64,000 nucleotides of DNA from a virus: positions 1-64,000 of the IMG/VR virus record IMGVR_UViG_3300021088_000001, one strand, 5' to 3'. Position numbers and translations under genes: made by a program. Below are positions 27,070 to 36,423 of the stretch, one piece after another (position 1 is the stretch's first letter; every line of letters starts with the position of its first letter). The notes beneath the pieces are model-generated. The model made no database searches. It had not been told where the DNA came from and worked only from the letters and a program-made list of their open reading frames with translations.

Positions 27070-27591
27070 ATGACAGAAGAACAATTGAAACAGATTTATA
27101 AATATGCAAGTGATATTACCATTAGTACCTTCTACGATTCATTTTGTGCGGCTATGGCTGAGTTTGAAATTAACACACCACTTAGACAAGCTGCATTCGT
27201 GGCTCAAGTCGGCCATGAGTCAGGTGAATTTAGATACACGATAGAATTGGCATCAGGAAATGACTACGAGGGAAGAAAAGATTTAGGAAATATATATCCG
27301 GGAGATGGGATTAGGTTTAAAGGAAGAGGTCTTATCCAGATTACTGGAAGAGCTAATTATGCAGAAGTTGGAAAAGCATTAGATATTGACTGTGTAAATA
27401 ACCCACATCTATTGCAAGCTCCAGTATGCGCATGCAGATCTGCCGGTTATTTCTGGAAGAAGCACGGACTCAACGAATTAGCCGATGCAGAGGAATTTAT
27501 CTCTATCACTAAACGAATTAATGGTGGAACTACAGGAGAAGCAGAGAGGGAACAGATTTACATGTTAGCCAAAGCTGTTTTAAATGCATGA
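27070..27591 (+). CDS. endolysin, glycoside hydrolase family 19
   Basis: AF.AQ.GHES, LGN..PGDG.RFKGRGLIQITGRANY, ITKRINGG. Confidence 0.93.
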   Translation: MTEEQLKQIYKYASDITISTFYDSFCAAMAEFEINTPLRQAAFVAQVGHESGEFRYTIELASGNDYEGRKDLGNIYPGDGIRFKGRGLIQITGRANYAEVGKALDIDCVNNPHLLQAPVCACRSAGYFWKKHGLNELADAEEFISITKRINGGTTGEAEREQIYMLAKAVLNA

Positions 27592-27857
27592 AGCTCCTAC
27601 ATAGAGTACTGAAAGATCTTTCAACAGGAGTTGATGGAGAGACATATGATCCGGGCAGAGTAGTTGGGTATAGTCTATGCATTCTAGGAGTAGTGGGATT
27701 TATTTTCTGTGAAACATGGACAGCAATGCATGGCACAGCATTTAGTGCTGAAGGCTTCGGAATAGGCTTTGGAGCCTTAATGACAAGCTTCTTGTCGGTA
27801 GCAGGCGGATTGAAATTAAAAGAATCTATGGAGCCTGTAGAACAAAAGGAGAAATAA
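27588..27857 (+). CDS. putative holin (2 TM)
   Basis: TG.DG.TYD.GR; two TM segments; charged C-terminus. Confidence 0.65.
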   Translation: MKLLHRVLKDLSTGVDGETYDPGRVVGYSLCILGVVGFIFCETWTAMHGTAFSAEGFGIGFGALMTSFLSVAGGLKLKESMEPVEQKEK

Positions 27858-27858
27858 A

Positions 27859-28368
27859 ATGAACCCATTAGCAATTAAGGGTATAGCAACATTACTGTTT
27901 GTATTAGCAATATTCATGGCAGGGCATCATCAGGGAGCTAAGTCAGTTCAAGGTGAATGGGATGCAGCGAAAGTAGTTCAACTAGCTGAAACAAATAAAA
28001 TCATAGCAGACAATGCTGCACGAGTTGAACAGTTACAACAGGCTTACACGGAAACTAATAGAAAGGTATCAAATGATTACCAAACAGAGAAATCTAAGAT
28101 CGAGGCTGAGCGCGATGCTGCCATTACTAATTCTAGTAAGCCTACTCAGCGCCTGTACATCACAGCAGCTTGTGGTAAAGCCCCTGCCAGTGGACCCAAA
28201 GCCGCAAGTATCAGCGGACCTGATGCAACCGCTTCCAGCACCATCGCACTTCCTCAGCAAACTTCAGACGATCTTTTCCGACTCGCAGCCGAAGCAGACG
28301 AAGTAGTTGCTCAAGCTAAAGCTCTCCAAGAGTGGATTAAAGATAATGGGTTTTATACTACAAAGTGA
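27859..28368 (+). CDS. i-spanin (Rz-like)
   Basis: N-terminal TM, coiled coil, RL.I.A.C, A.EADE...Q..ALQ.W. Confidence 0.85.
   Translation: MNPLAIKGIATLLFVLAIFMAGHHQGAKSVQGEWDAAKVVQLAETNKIIADNAARVEQLQQAYTETNRKVSNDYQTEKSKIEAERDAAITNSSKPTQRLYITAACGKAPASGPKAASISGPDATASSTIALPQQTSDDLFRLAAEADEVVAQAKALQEWIKDNGFYTTK
28073..28306 (+). CDS. o-spanin (Rz1-like lipoprotein) embedded in the +1 frame of Rz
   Basis: Basic n-region, hydrophobic LPLLILVSL, lipobox LSAC, Pro-rich mature part; RBS AAAGGT before ATG 28073. Confidence 0.85.
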   Translation: MITKQRNLRSRLSAMLPLLILVSLLSACTSQQLVVKPLPVDPKPQVSADLMQPLPAPSHFLSKLQTIFSDSQPKQTK

Positions 28369-28462
28369 TTGCATCGAGTATAATGCAAATACACATAAAT
28401 ACCTAAAAGTGCACTATATACACTGCATTTAAGCAGGTTACAGGTTTTCCCGTGGTAAGCTT

Positions 28463-28492
28463 GCCTCTCCGTTTTAAGGGAGAGGCTTTTTT
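28463..28492 (+). terminator. intrinsic terminator
   Basis: GCCTCTCC/GGAGAGGC followed by TTTTTT. Confidence 0.85.
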
Positions 28493-28642
28493 ACGTCCGT
28501 ACTCTACGGAGTGCCTATCCTCTCATGTCAGCCACTCATGACATTGCGACAAGTTTAATCAGGTGAGATAATCCTTATAGCACAGAGCATATTACAAGTA
28601 TGACCTCTCGTGCAGAAATAAATTTCAATAAGGAGAATGCTT

Positions 28643-29746
28643 ATGGATGAACCCATAACATTGCAACAACACGAGGATAATTCAATTTCTCGTGCTGCAG
28701 ATTTATCAAATCAAATTAAACAAATGACAAAGGATGGTAAAATGACTACTGTAGCAGATGGTACACCTGTGAACATTTTTCACAGCGGATTGGGCGGTGG
28801 TGGCGCTGTGGGCGCTGGTATGGGTGCAGGTTTGGGCGCTGGCGTCTTGGGTGGCGTGTTGGGCGGTGCGCTGATGGGCCGCAGAGGCTTGTTTGGTGGG
28901 GATGGTGTAGATGGAGTTGTTGCACCAGTTGTGACTCCTGCATTCCTATCTTCGGAACTTAATCGTATTCAGGAAAATCAAAATGCCACTATTGCAGCTT
29001 CTGAACGCCTTAATATGGCGCGTTTTGACGCAGATGCTCAGCGTTCTATTGAAGCCGCTATTGAGCGCACTGCCGCAGCAACTCAATTGGCTCAAGCAGT
29101 TGGTAATGCCGCAATCGGTGTAGAGGTAGCTAAAAATGCTGGCGAATTAAATACTCAAGCAGCTTTGAATGCTGCGGCATTGGGTGTTCAAGTTCAGAAA
29201 ACTGCTGGTGATACACAAACTCAAATTGCAACTCAAACTGCAGCATTGGGTGTGCAAGCTGAGAAGACAGCAGCAGCAAATGCTTTGGCTACAGCGATGG
29301 CTCTGAAGGATTCTGTCATCATCGCTGATGCACATCATGCTTCTACTGCGTCGCATATTGCAGAGAGTAAGTACGCTCTGTCAAATGCGATTAAAGCTGA
29401 TGGAGATTTGACTCGTGCACTGATCATCAAGAACAATGATGATGAGCTGAACCGTAGATTAGTGATACAAGCAAATGAAATTACAGAACTTCGCAACGAG
29501 GGCCGTAGACGTGCTGACAATGATGGATTGCGTCTAGAGATTAATAACGTGAATACTGCTGTGGCAAGTCAAGCTCAAGCACAGGCAATGCAGCAACAGC
29601 AACAACAGTTAAATGTTCTGAATCAATTGGCTACAGGTATTAACACACTTGTCAGTCAAAATCAAGTTGTGCACAATGGAATCGTCAATTTAGGTTCCAT
29701 GATTGCATCTGGTAATCCTACAAGCGCTAACACTCGTGTAATGTAA
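28643..29746 (+). CDS. glycine-zipper plus long coiled-coil protein of unknown function
   Basis: GAVGAGMGAGLGAGVLGGVLGG zipper, 22-aa repeats, poly-Q; RBS AAGGAG best spaced to ATG 28643 (alternative 28742); promoter TTGCGA-17-GATAAT at 28544-28572. Confidence 0.8.
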   Translation: MDEPITLQQHEDNSISRAADLSNQIKQMTKDGKMTTVADGTPVNIFHSGLGGGGAVGAGMGAGLGAGVLGGVLGGALMGRRGLFGGDGVDGVVAPVVTPAFLSSELNRIQENQNATIAASERLNMARFDADAQRSIEAAIERTAAATQLAQAVGNAAIGVEVAKNAGELNTQAALNAAALGVQVQKTAGDTQTQIATQTAALGVQAEKTAAANALATAMALKDSVIIADAHHASTASHIAESKYALSNAIKADGDLTRALIIKNNDDELNRRLVIQANEITELRNEGRRRADNDGLRLEINNVNTAVASQAQAQAMQQQQQQLNVLNQLATGINTLVSQNQVVHNGIVNLGSMIASGNPTSANTRVM

Positions 29747-29760
29747 AAGTAATAGGCAAT

Positions 29761-29787
29761 AAAAAGCCCACCTTCTAGGTGGGCTTT
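29761..29787. terminator. bidirectional terminator
   Basis: AAAAAGCCCACC/GGTGGGCTTT between convergent genes. Confidence 0.85.
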
Positions 29788-29789
29788 AT

Positions 29790-30284
29790 TTAGCCGTAAT
29801 TTGCAAATTCTCCATGTAATTCTGCACGAAGCTTATTTATAGCTTTTTCAGCATCTGATAAATCTATGAAGAAACCTGCACTATACAACTTCTTATCTTT
29901 GTGGATATATGTATCCCATTTGCCACCTTTGGCATTCCAGCAGACTCCCTTGATTCCACTAGAGTTATTGCAATTCAATTTTCTATTTCTCTGATTCTGA
30001 AACTTAGAGGCTAATCTTAAATTACAGAATCTGTTATCATTTCGTATTCCATTAACATGGTCAATCTCCATTTTACTTGCTGGCATTGCTCCTGTCATAT
30101 AAAGCCATGCTAACCTGTGTGCAGGATAATCTCTATTAAGAACTTTTATTACATGGTATCCTTGGACACTTACCCACCCTACAGGTAACCCAATACGTGC
30201 AGCAGTTGGTGACCAAATCCTTTTAAATTCACCTGTCTCTGGATCATACTCTAAAACTTTCTTTACTGTTTCTTGCGTTAACAT
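29790..30284 (-). CDS. free-standing HNH homing endonuclease with AP2-like C-terminus
   Basis: YDPETG.F, AHRLAW, IDHVNG.R.DNR..NLR, NNSSG.KGV. Confidence 0.92.
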   Translation of the reverse strand: MLTQETVKKVLEYDPETGEFKRIWSPTAARIGLPVGWVSVQGYHVIKVLNRDYPAHRLAWLYMTGAMPASKMEIDHVNGIRNDNRFCNLRLASKFQNQRNRKLNCNNSSGIKGVCWNAKGGKWDTYIHKDKKLYSAGFFIDLSDAEKAINKLRAELHGEFANYG

Positions 30285-30290
30285 TTCTTT

Positions 30291-30401
30291 TCCTTGTCTT
30301 TAGATGTCATAATAAAATACGTGGAAGCCATTGACAAGATGGTGTTCAGATGCCTCCTATCCACGTATCATTATTATACACCAAACAGACAACTAAGTCA
30401 A
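30291..30401 (-). promoter_or_regulatory. HNH gene promoter and structured 5' leader
   Basis: TTGACT-17-TATAAT (30401-30373); helix ATACGTGGA/TCCACGTAT; inner loop CUUGUC complementary to GACAAG overlapping the SD. Confidence 0.6.
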
Positions 30402-30543
30402 TGCACATAAATTATTAGATAACAGAGTTACCATTAAATAGCAAAATGCACTATAACCAGCACTACAGTATCCAATAATCTTTTACAATTCCCCACATAC
30501 AACTATATGTATGGGAGAAAGCCTAGCAAGAGCTAAGCGAGAG

Positions 30544-30579
30544 AAGCCCCAACTTTGGAAGTTGGGGCTTTTTCTTTTT
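30544..30579. terminator. intrinsic terminator hairpin
   Basis: AAGCCCCAACTT/AAGTTGGGGCTTTTT. Confidence 0.8.
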
Positions 30580-30611
30580 ATAGGCTATACATTATAATTA
30601 CCATTTATAAC

Positions 30612-30827
30612 TTATGCCTTATAAGCACTCTGTAACTTCTTAACGTCCGTTGTATGGTCGTAGAATGCAGTGAGGAATGTTTGCAATGCTTGCTGTCCTG
30701 CTACAGACTTAATAAATATTGGAGCATGTTCTACATTCTCATGTAGCCACTTCTTCTGCGGATCTCCAAGCACATTCATGAAAGCTTCTGCTGTCGGAAT
30801 GTATTTTTGTAATGCTAGTAGATTCAA
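30612..30827 (-). CDS. hypothetical protein
   Basis: TTG start after AAGGAGG; helical. Confidence 0.6.
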   Translation of the reverse strand: MNLLALQKYIPTAEAFMNVLGDPQKKWLHENVEHAPIFIKSVAGQQALQTFLTAFYDHTTDVKKLQSAYKA

Positions 30828-31022
30828 TTAAGCCTCCTTGATGACCAGATACCGTGAACTCGTGATATAACAATCATCCCCTGTCATACATGTTGGATAG
30901 TCTAGATTAGTTGTTTTAACCAAAGTATCTGGACTTCCTGTAGGATAACCTTTTTCCCAAGTTTCTACTACAACTTTGTAATTTGCATTGTCCGCATTCT
31001 CTACTCGAATTTTCTTTGTCAT
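30828..31022 (-). CDS. hypothetical protein
   Basis: RBS AAGGA; [10 protein letters not shown]. Confidence 0.65.
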   Translation of the reverse strand: MTKKIRVENADNANYKVVVETWEKGYPTGSPDTLVKTTNLDYPTCMTGDDCYITSSRYLVIKEA

Positions 31023-31038
31023 AATTTCCTTTTTAAAT

Positions 31039-31124
31039 TGGTGCCTGAGAAGGGACTCGAACCCTTACGCCCATACGGACAACAGATTTTAAGTCTGTTC
31101 TGTCTACCATTCCACCACTCAGGC
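31039..31124 (-). tRNA. tRNA-Leu(TAA)
   Basis: GCCTGAG...GGTAGAC.ACAGA-CTTAAAA-TCTGT, long variable arm, GGTTCGAGTCC, ACCA. Confidence 0.95.
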
Positions 31125-31132
31125 TTTGTTAG

Positions 31133-31384
31133 TTAATAGTGCATGTTGCTTGCAACTTCAATCAAAGGCTTCTCAGCCTTCTTTACAGCCTCTTGAAGTC
31201 CACAATCAACAGCGATGGTGTTCCCATGCTGGCTAATCTTCTTAATGCTCAGCAGAGTGGTTTCTGAGCCTTCTGTGTCAGCTATAATCCCCACTTTGAC
31301 ATCTGAGAGGACAATTCCTTCATTACGAATGTCTCGAAGATAGTTTAGTAGATCTTGTGCTGTGGCACCTGTATGTTTAGTCAT
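31133..31384 (-). CDS. hypothetical protein
   Basis: Coupled to the upstream gene. Confidence 0.6.
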   Translation of the reverse strand: MTKHTGATAQDLLNYLRDIRNEGIVLSDVKVGIIADTEGSETTLLSIKKISQHGNTIAVDCGLQEAVKKAEKPLIEVASNMHY

Positions 31385-31674
31385 TATTTCGCCTCATAAA
31401 CTATTGTTAGAATTTCTTTAGGCACAACTTCGTATACCTCGGGTGGGCAATAATTATAATCTGTGTGATAGCTACCACTACGTGCTTGAGATACAGCAAA
31501 ATAGTTTCCATCTGAGTCTTTGTAGATGCTCTGACAGAATTCATATTTGCCATCAGAGGTATAGTTACCTTCCTCTACGCACAGCAAATCATCAGGAAGT
31601 TTATCTGGACTTACATGCCATTCACTATCATCAAATACACGATCTACAACATCTTTAACTTCATCTAGCTTCAT
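31384..31674 (-). CDS. acidic hypothetical protein
   Basis: RSGSY.TDY.Y and EV.PKE....VYE motifs; ATGA overlap. Confidence 0.7.
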   Translation of the reverse strand: MKLDEVKDVVDRVFDDSEWHVSPDKLPDDLLCVEEGNYTSDGKYEFCQSIYKDSDGNYFAVSQARSGSYHTDYNYCPPEVYEVVPKEILTIVYEAK

Positions 31675-32084
31675 TTTAGCATCTCCTCAAGTGTGTCAAA
31701 CTTCTCACCTTTGTCAATCACTTTCTCCACAGCATCTTCTTTGGCACGGGCAGTAAAGTAAGCTTTCAACTCTGCTGGCTTAAAATCACAAACCTTACTA
31801 GCAGCCTTAACCGCGAGTTTCAAATCCTCTTCCAATTCCTTAATCCGACGAATAATCTCTTGGCTACCCTCATTAGAGTCCAAGAATAATTTCAAGTCAG
31901 CTTGAGAGTTGGACAAATTCTCTGATAACTCGATAGCCTTCTCGTTAGACTCTTTGAAATCTTTCAAGAGTTCTTTCTGATACAAAAGATCTCGAATCAT
32001 AGGACCAATCTCTCGCGAGTATGCAAGCAATGCTTTACTGTCATTTGGCTTCTTATCTGGGGAATCAATTACTGTTGCTGTCAT
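31671..32084 (-). CDS. helical coiled-coil hypothetical protein
   Basis: RBS GGAGG; 137 aa. Confidence 0.7.
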   Translation of the reverse strand: MTATVIDSPDKKPNDSKALLAYSREIGPMIRDLLYQKELLKDFKESNEKAIELSENLSNSQADLKLFLDSNEGSQEIIRRIKELEEDLKLAVKAASKVCDFKPAELKAYFTARAKEDAVEKVIDKGEKFDTLEEMLK

Positions 32085-32232
32085 TTAGTCCTCCATAATA
32101 ACTACTAGATCTTGATCTATATCATTCTCAACACTATCCCAGAACTCGATATCTATATCACAGAGTTCATCATTACTATTATACACCTGAACAATCGTTT
32201 CACCTGAGTATCCGTGAAGATGTTGTATTAAT

Positions 32233-32508
32233 TCATACACTGTCATTATTTCTCCTTAATTTGTGGCAAGCGTCTGGTAAGATGATTAAAACCTTTCCAT
32301 AAAATGTCTGTGTTGCAATCTTATCCCCATCTGCATAGGGAAACCCTTGTTCATTGAGTTTACTCACAACGACAATATCTTTGATATCATCCGCTGTATG
32401 TACATATTTCATCTCAACCCCGTTGAGAAATACTTTTGTACCGAAATACTCATCTTTCCATGACTGGAAAGCGATATCGCCTGTTGTAGTGATATTAATT
32501 TTACTCAT
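32233..32508 (-). CDS. hypothetical protein
   Basis: RBS GGAGG; VFLNG.E...V.TADD. Confidence 0.65.
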   Translation of the reverse strand: MSKINITTTGDIAFQSWKDEYFGTKVFLNGVEMKYVHTADDIKDIVVVSKLNEQGFPYADGDKIATQTFYGKVLIILPDACHKLRRNNDSV

Positions 32509-32961
32509 TTATTCCTCCTGTAAATACAACGTTGCATCAATCTCATGAAAAGCTGCGGAGAATATAGCAATTAATCTCCGCTTATCTCCCCTAGCTAATC
32601 CAGCTCCTATTAATGGTAAAGCTACAGGAATGTTATTCTCCTTGGAATACTTAGCCACAGCTTGCATACATATTACCACAGAATCATAATCTACATACAC
32701 TTTATTTTCTCTGCCATAGAATTCTTGTGTGACACATGATGCAATTACAACAGGCGAAGTTTCTGATGTGCTGAAGATTGTCTGGCCTAAGTGTAAGCGG
32801 TGCTTTTGCATAAGATAGTCTTGATAGGCATAGTTGTAGTATTTCTTCACCAGTGCAGCCACTCCAGCACCCATCACAGCTTGCGCGTTCACACCATGCG
32901 CAAGCACAACTCTCTGCCCCTTCATAGCATTGAATAAATCTCTATATTCAATTGTTAGCAT
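32509..32961 (-). CDS. macrodomain protein (ADP-ribose processing)
   Basis: DLF...AHGVNAQ.VMGAGVA, ALPLIGAGLA.G. Confidence 0.88.
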   Translation of the reverse strand: MLTIEYRDLFNAMKGQRVVLAHGVNAQAVMGAGVAALVKKYYNYAYQDYLMQKHRLHLGQTIFSTSETSPVVIASCVTQEFYGRENKVYVDYDSVVICMQAVAKYSKENNIPVALPLIGAGLARGDKRRLIAIFSAAFHEIDATLYLQEE

Positions 32962-33523
32962 TAGTAATTCCATTGAAGTAGTCTAGACATTCTTTCACGA
33001 GTGCATCTGAATTCACACTGTAACAATTTCTTAATGATATCATACGGAGCTTAGTTCTGAAATGTCTGCCAAGCCTGTATGTCTTTCCAGCATACCACCC
33101 TTCCCGTGTATTCCGGCTAATAGAAGTCTTAATAGGCTGCATATTCAAAATCCTCCACAGGAAACCAGAATCCATCGAGCCATTGTAATACTTCAGTGGG
33201 ATGTCTAGTAGTATCAAGTAATGTTGCAAGACCTTTTTCTACAGCTTCAAAAGCTCCTGCAGGAATGTCATTAGAGCGAATTGTAGCTGACAAGTCATCT
33301 TCAAAAATTAGAATGTACATTATTCCTCCTTAATAAGCATCATGCACTATTTGTCCAAAGCCTGCAACAATAAGCATCAGGGCCACCGTAATAAATCTAC
33401 CTTGCACGAGCCAATTTGATATATTGAAGTCTGCACAAATAAACGCTGCCGCTAGATAGACCAAAGCTGCTGGAACTATGCTATATAGGCCACGAGTAGG
33501 AAGTTTCATAAATATTTATCTCC

Positions 33524-33820
33524 TCAAATAAAATGTCTAGAATTATCATCGAACATAATTGCCATTGGCATGTCATCAATCCACACATCAATACGCATTC
33601 CTTGGTCAAACATAAATTTCTGCTTAGCCTTCCTTCCTGTAAAATACATTGCATCAACTTTTGCATCTAATGCAACTTTAACGGGCTCTGCTTCATAGCC
33701 ATTACATCTCCAAGAGACAATATACACCTTGTGCCCACGGCTTCGGAATAACTTGATGAATACATCCCACGCTTCTGGATCTCGTGTATATGTGTCATCG
33801 TAGTCGAGGGAAATTATCAA
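33524..33820 (-). CDS. small HAD-superfamily phosphatase-like protein
   Basis: ISLDYDDT (DxD), VSWR, K, WIDD; promoter TTGACA-17-TATGAT at 33878-33850. Confidence 0.75.
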   Translation of the reverse strand: MIISLDYDDTYTRDPEAWDVFIKLFRSRGHKVYIVSWRCNGYEAEPVKVALDAKVDAMYFTGRKAKQKFMFDQGMRIDVWIDDMPMAIMFDDNSRHFI

Positions 33821-33893
33821 TTGTACCTCCTGTTCTTTATTTAGAGTGAATCATAGCTCACATTAGTATCTATGTCAAGCATTATTTCAAAAT

Positions 33894-33920
33894 AAAAGCT
33901 CCCTATCTTTGATAGGGAGC
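33894..33920 (-). terminator. intrinsic terminator
   Basis: GCTCCCTATC/GATAGGGAGC with T-run on the minus strand. Confidence 0.8.
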
Positions 33921-33927
33921 CGCTATT

Positions 33928-34176
33928 TTAATATTTCTTCTTCGGAGGAATAAATCCTTCCAGCTTAACGCCTCTTTCTTCAATCATAGCAATGTTACTA
34001 CGTTTATTTATTGCAAAATCGCCATAGCTTCGCTTAATTGTTTCAACCAACACAGAAGGTGCTCCTGATGTATCAATAATTCTATATACACATTGGTTAG
34101 CGCTGCGGCCTGAGACTAATGCATAAGCAATGTAGTCACCGTCTTTTACTTCTGTTCCGAACATATCTGTTACCAT
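33928..34176 (-). CDS. hypothetical protein
   Basis: D.FG.EV..GD.IAY; RBS AAGGA before ATG 34176. Confidence 0.65.
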   Translation of the reverse strand: MVTDMFGTEVKDGDYIAYALVSGRSANQCVYRIIDTSGAPSVLVETIKRSYGDFAINKRSNIAMIEERGVKLEGFIPPKKKY

Positions 34177-34192
34177 TGAGTTCCTTGTTAAA

Positions 34193-35076
34193 TTACTTGA
34201 TTGGACACATGCCACCAGCACACTCTTCTCCTCCAATAAATTCAGCACTACTAATAGAGGTTATTAGTTTAACAGATGCCAGCAGTTGCTCATATACCTC
34301 TTTTGTAACAGCCTCAAATGGGGCCTGTTTAAATCCGTGGTCACTGTGCAGAAGGAACGACAGAGATTTATGATTTGCCTTGTAATTCTTTGTAAGGTAT
34401 TTCTTAATCTCAGGAAGTTCTTCTTTTTTATAATAAACAGTGCAAGATACAGAATTGTCACTCCAGACTTCTTGCATGTGTTTCACAGCAGCTAATTGAT
34501 CTAATGCACTCATATCATTTGCCATTACTGTTCCCTCTGGATAGCTGAAGGGAAATGCTACTACTACTGTACTCCTATCTTCTGAGCCATCGAAGTTCTG
34601 CTGATACTCGACAGGGTATCCATGGTCTCTACAAACCTGCACAAGAGGATGATCTGACATGATACGAATACGCCTAATCATGTACTGTGAGTACGCTGGA
34701 TGGATGCCGGGAGTTACGCCGGGAAGGAGAGATAGCGTTCCACTCGGCTTCACAGTAGTTAACTTTACACTAACATTCAATCCATGTTTTTCTGAGTACT
34801 CTTTGTCAAACTTACGCAACTCTACATATGCATCTTTAAGCCATCCTCGCTGCTCTTCTGAAGCTTGTAGAATACCTGTCATACCAATACCCATGCGCAT
34901 ATTTTTATGCACAATAGCTTCTGTCTCCTTAGCATGGCATGAGAGGAGTAAGCTATGTTTACACACACGATAGAGCAGTTGTATCACATCATTTAGTTCT
35001 TCCTTGGATTCTATATTAGGAAGAAATACTTCAGCTAGACAGCATGTTTCATGATTTGCCAAACCTTGTTCTGCAC
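34193..35076 (-). CDS. nrdJ: class II (B12-dependent) ribonucleotide reductase, exon 2
   Basis: (T)GT GCA GAA CAA...ETCCLAE, TTVKPSGT, DNSVSCT, C-terminal C.GG.CP.K. Confidence 0.92.
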
Positions 35077-35299
35077 CTTATTTGTTACTCTGATTTATCA
35101 GGGACTAGTCATTTCTGCTAATCTCTATATGTCCCCATATAGAACGGACTGTATCATAGCAGGATCTTCTGCTTCCTTGTCAGTCTCTCGCGCCTCTATA
35201 GCTATTTACAGCCAGTGTTGCGACGGGATTATCTGTTCTAGATTTCCCCCGTAATTCGGATTATTCAAAAAGAGTTCCCTCTTTAGGCCGCTAACATTA
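35077..35299 (-). mobile_element. ORF-less group I intron (223 nt)
   Basis: 5' exon ends in U paired to IGS GCGG; intron ends in G; P AATTACGGGGGAA, Q AATCCCGTCGC, R GAGAGACTGA, S ATGATACAGTCC; P2, P5, P6, P8 and P9 helices; splicing restores NP-C-AE. Confidence 0.92.
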
Positions 35300-36338
35300 A
35301 CGGATTGTAGCCTTGCACATCTGGGTCAGGATACTCTGTCTCTCCGAGTCTTCCCATCTTCCGTGACAACTTCAAATTGATCAACCCGTAGGGTTCACCT
35401 TTACCCTCATAACCATCCCAAAAATAGTCATGAAGATCTTTGACGTCATTACATACTACAGAATTATTACTCATTGCACGCCATGAAGGAATGCTACCCA
35501 TGTCCCAACGCTTAGCTAGAAGGTACTCAACATCATCAGCATCTCCAATTGCGATTTGGGCCGATCTTCGGACGTTTCCTGCCACTACTACTGCGCCAAT
35601 GATATTCATGATATCTAGGGCATCAATTGGCCTAATTTTCTTTCCTGCACGCTTCATCAGCACATCACTAATTCTATTAATACCCCAACATAAATCTTCT
35701 GGGCCTGATGCCGTACCTCCAAAGCCTTTGATTGGAGCACCCTTACCACGGATCAATTGAGTTGAATATGAAAATGCAGGCTCTTCTTTAGTGCTGAGGA
35801 ATGCAGCCTTCAATGTCTTAGCCAACAATGCAATCCATCCTTGGCGCGTGTCTGGAACAATATAATCAGCCCCTGCTTCATCAGTTCTCACTGGAGCTTT
35901 AAATTCTTGATTCACCATTGGAAGCTTGTCAACATTGACTTTTTGTAAATTGTAGCCAACGCCAGAACCTAACATTAACATATCCATTGCCCAAGTGAAA
36001 GGCCTTACAGGCTCATCAATTACTACAAAACTACAATTTTGCAAACTTGCAAGTCCTAGACTATCCACTGTTGATGTTCCGAGTTGCCATAAGAATCTCC
36101 CAGCCACTGTTCCTTTCAGCCCTAACATATATTTGCGCAATCGGTCTTCTTCATCTTCTGTGAAGCCTACACCTAATTGTGTATTAGATGCCTTAATAAC
36201 CCGCTCTACAGTGTCTTTAAACTCTTCTGTGGGGCTGTTAATATCTTGCTCATCTAGTCGTCTTGCGTAAGTCCTCTTGTATGTCAAATAACCTACTGTA
36301 GAGAATGGCGTTACTACATCTTGTTTTTCTGTTGTCAT
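35300..36338 (-). CDS. nrdJ: class II ribonucleotide reductase, exon 1
   Basis: YKRTYAR, AGRFLW, LQNC, G.GVG, VVAGNVRRSA, RAMSNNS, GEPYG, GYNP. Confidence 0.92.
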
Positions 36339-36394
36339 AATTCCCTTTAGAAAACAAAGGCCGACTGTAAGTCGGCCTCATTAATCGAACTATA

Positions 36395-36423
36395 ATTATA
36401 CCACTAAACCACAATATTTGCAA
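36395..36423 (-). promoter_or_regulatory. sigma70-like promoter for nrdJ, followed by a leader hairpin (36358-36378)
   Basis: TTGCAA-17-TATAAT; AGGCCGAC/GTCGGCCT. Confidence 0.65.

Noticed and set aside
30331-30336. Plus-strand TTGACA as a promoter
   Set aside because: No -10 box at the right spacing; better explained as the loop of the minus-strand HNH leader.
34193-36338. Two separate RNR genes or an nrdJ pseudogene, as the ORF track suggests
   Set aside because: The gap is a complete group I intron whose removal restores NPCAE in frame.
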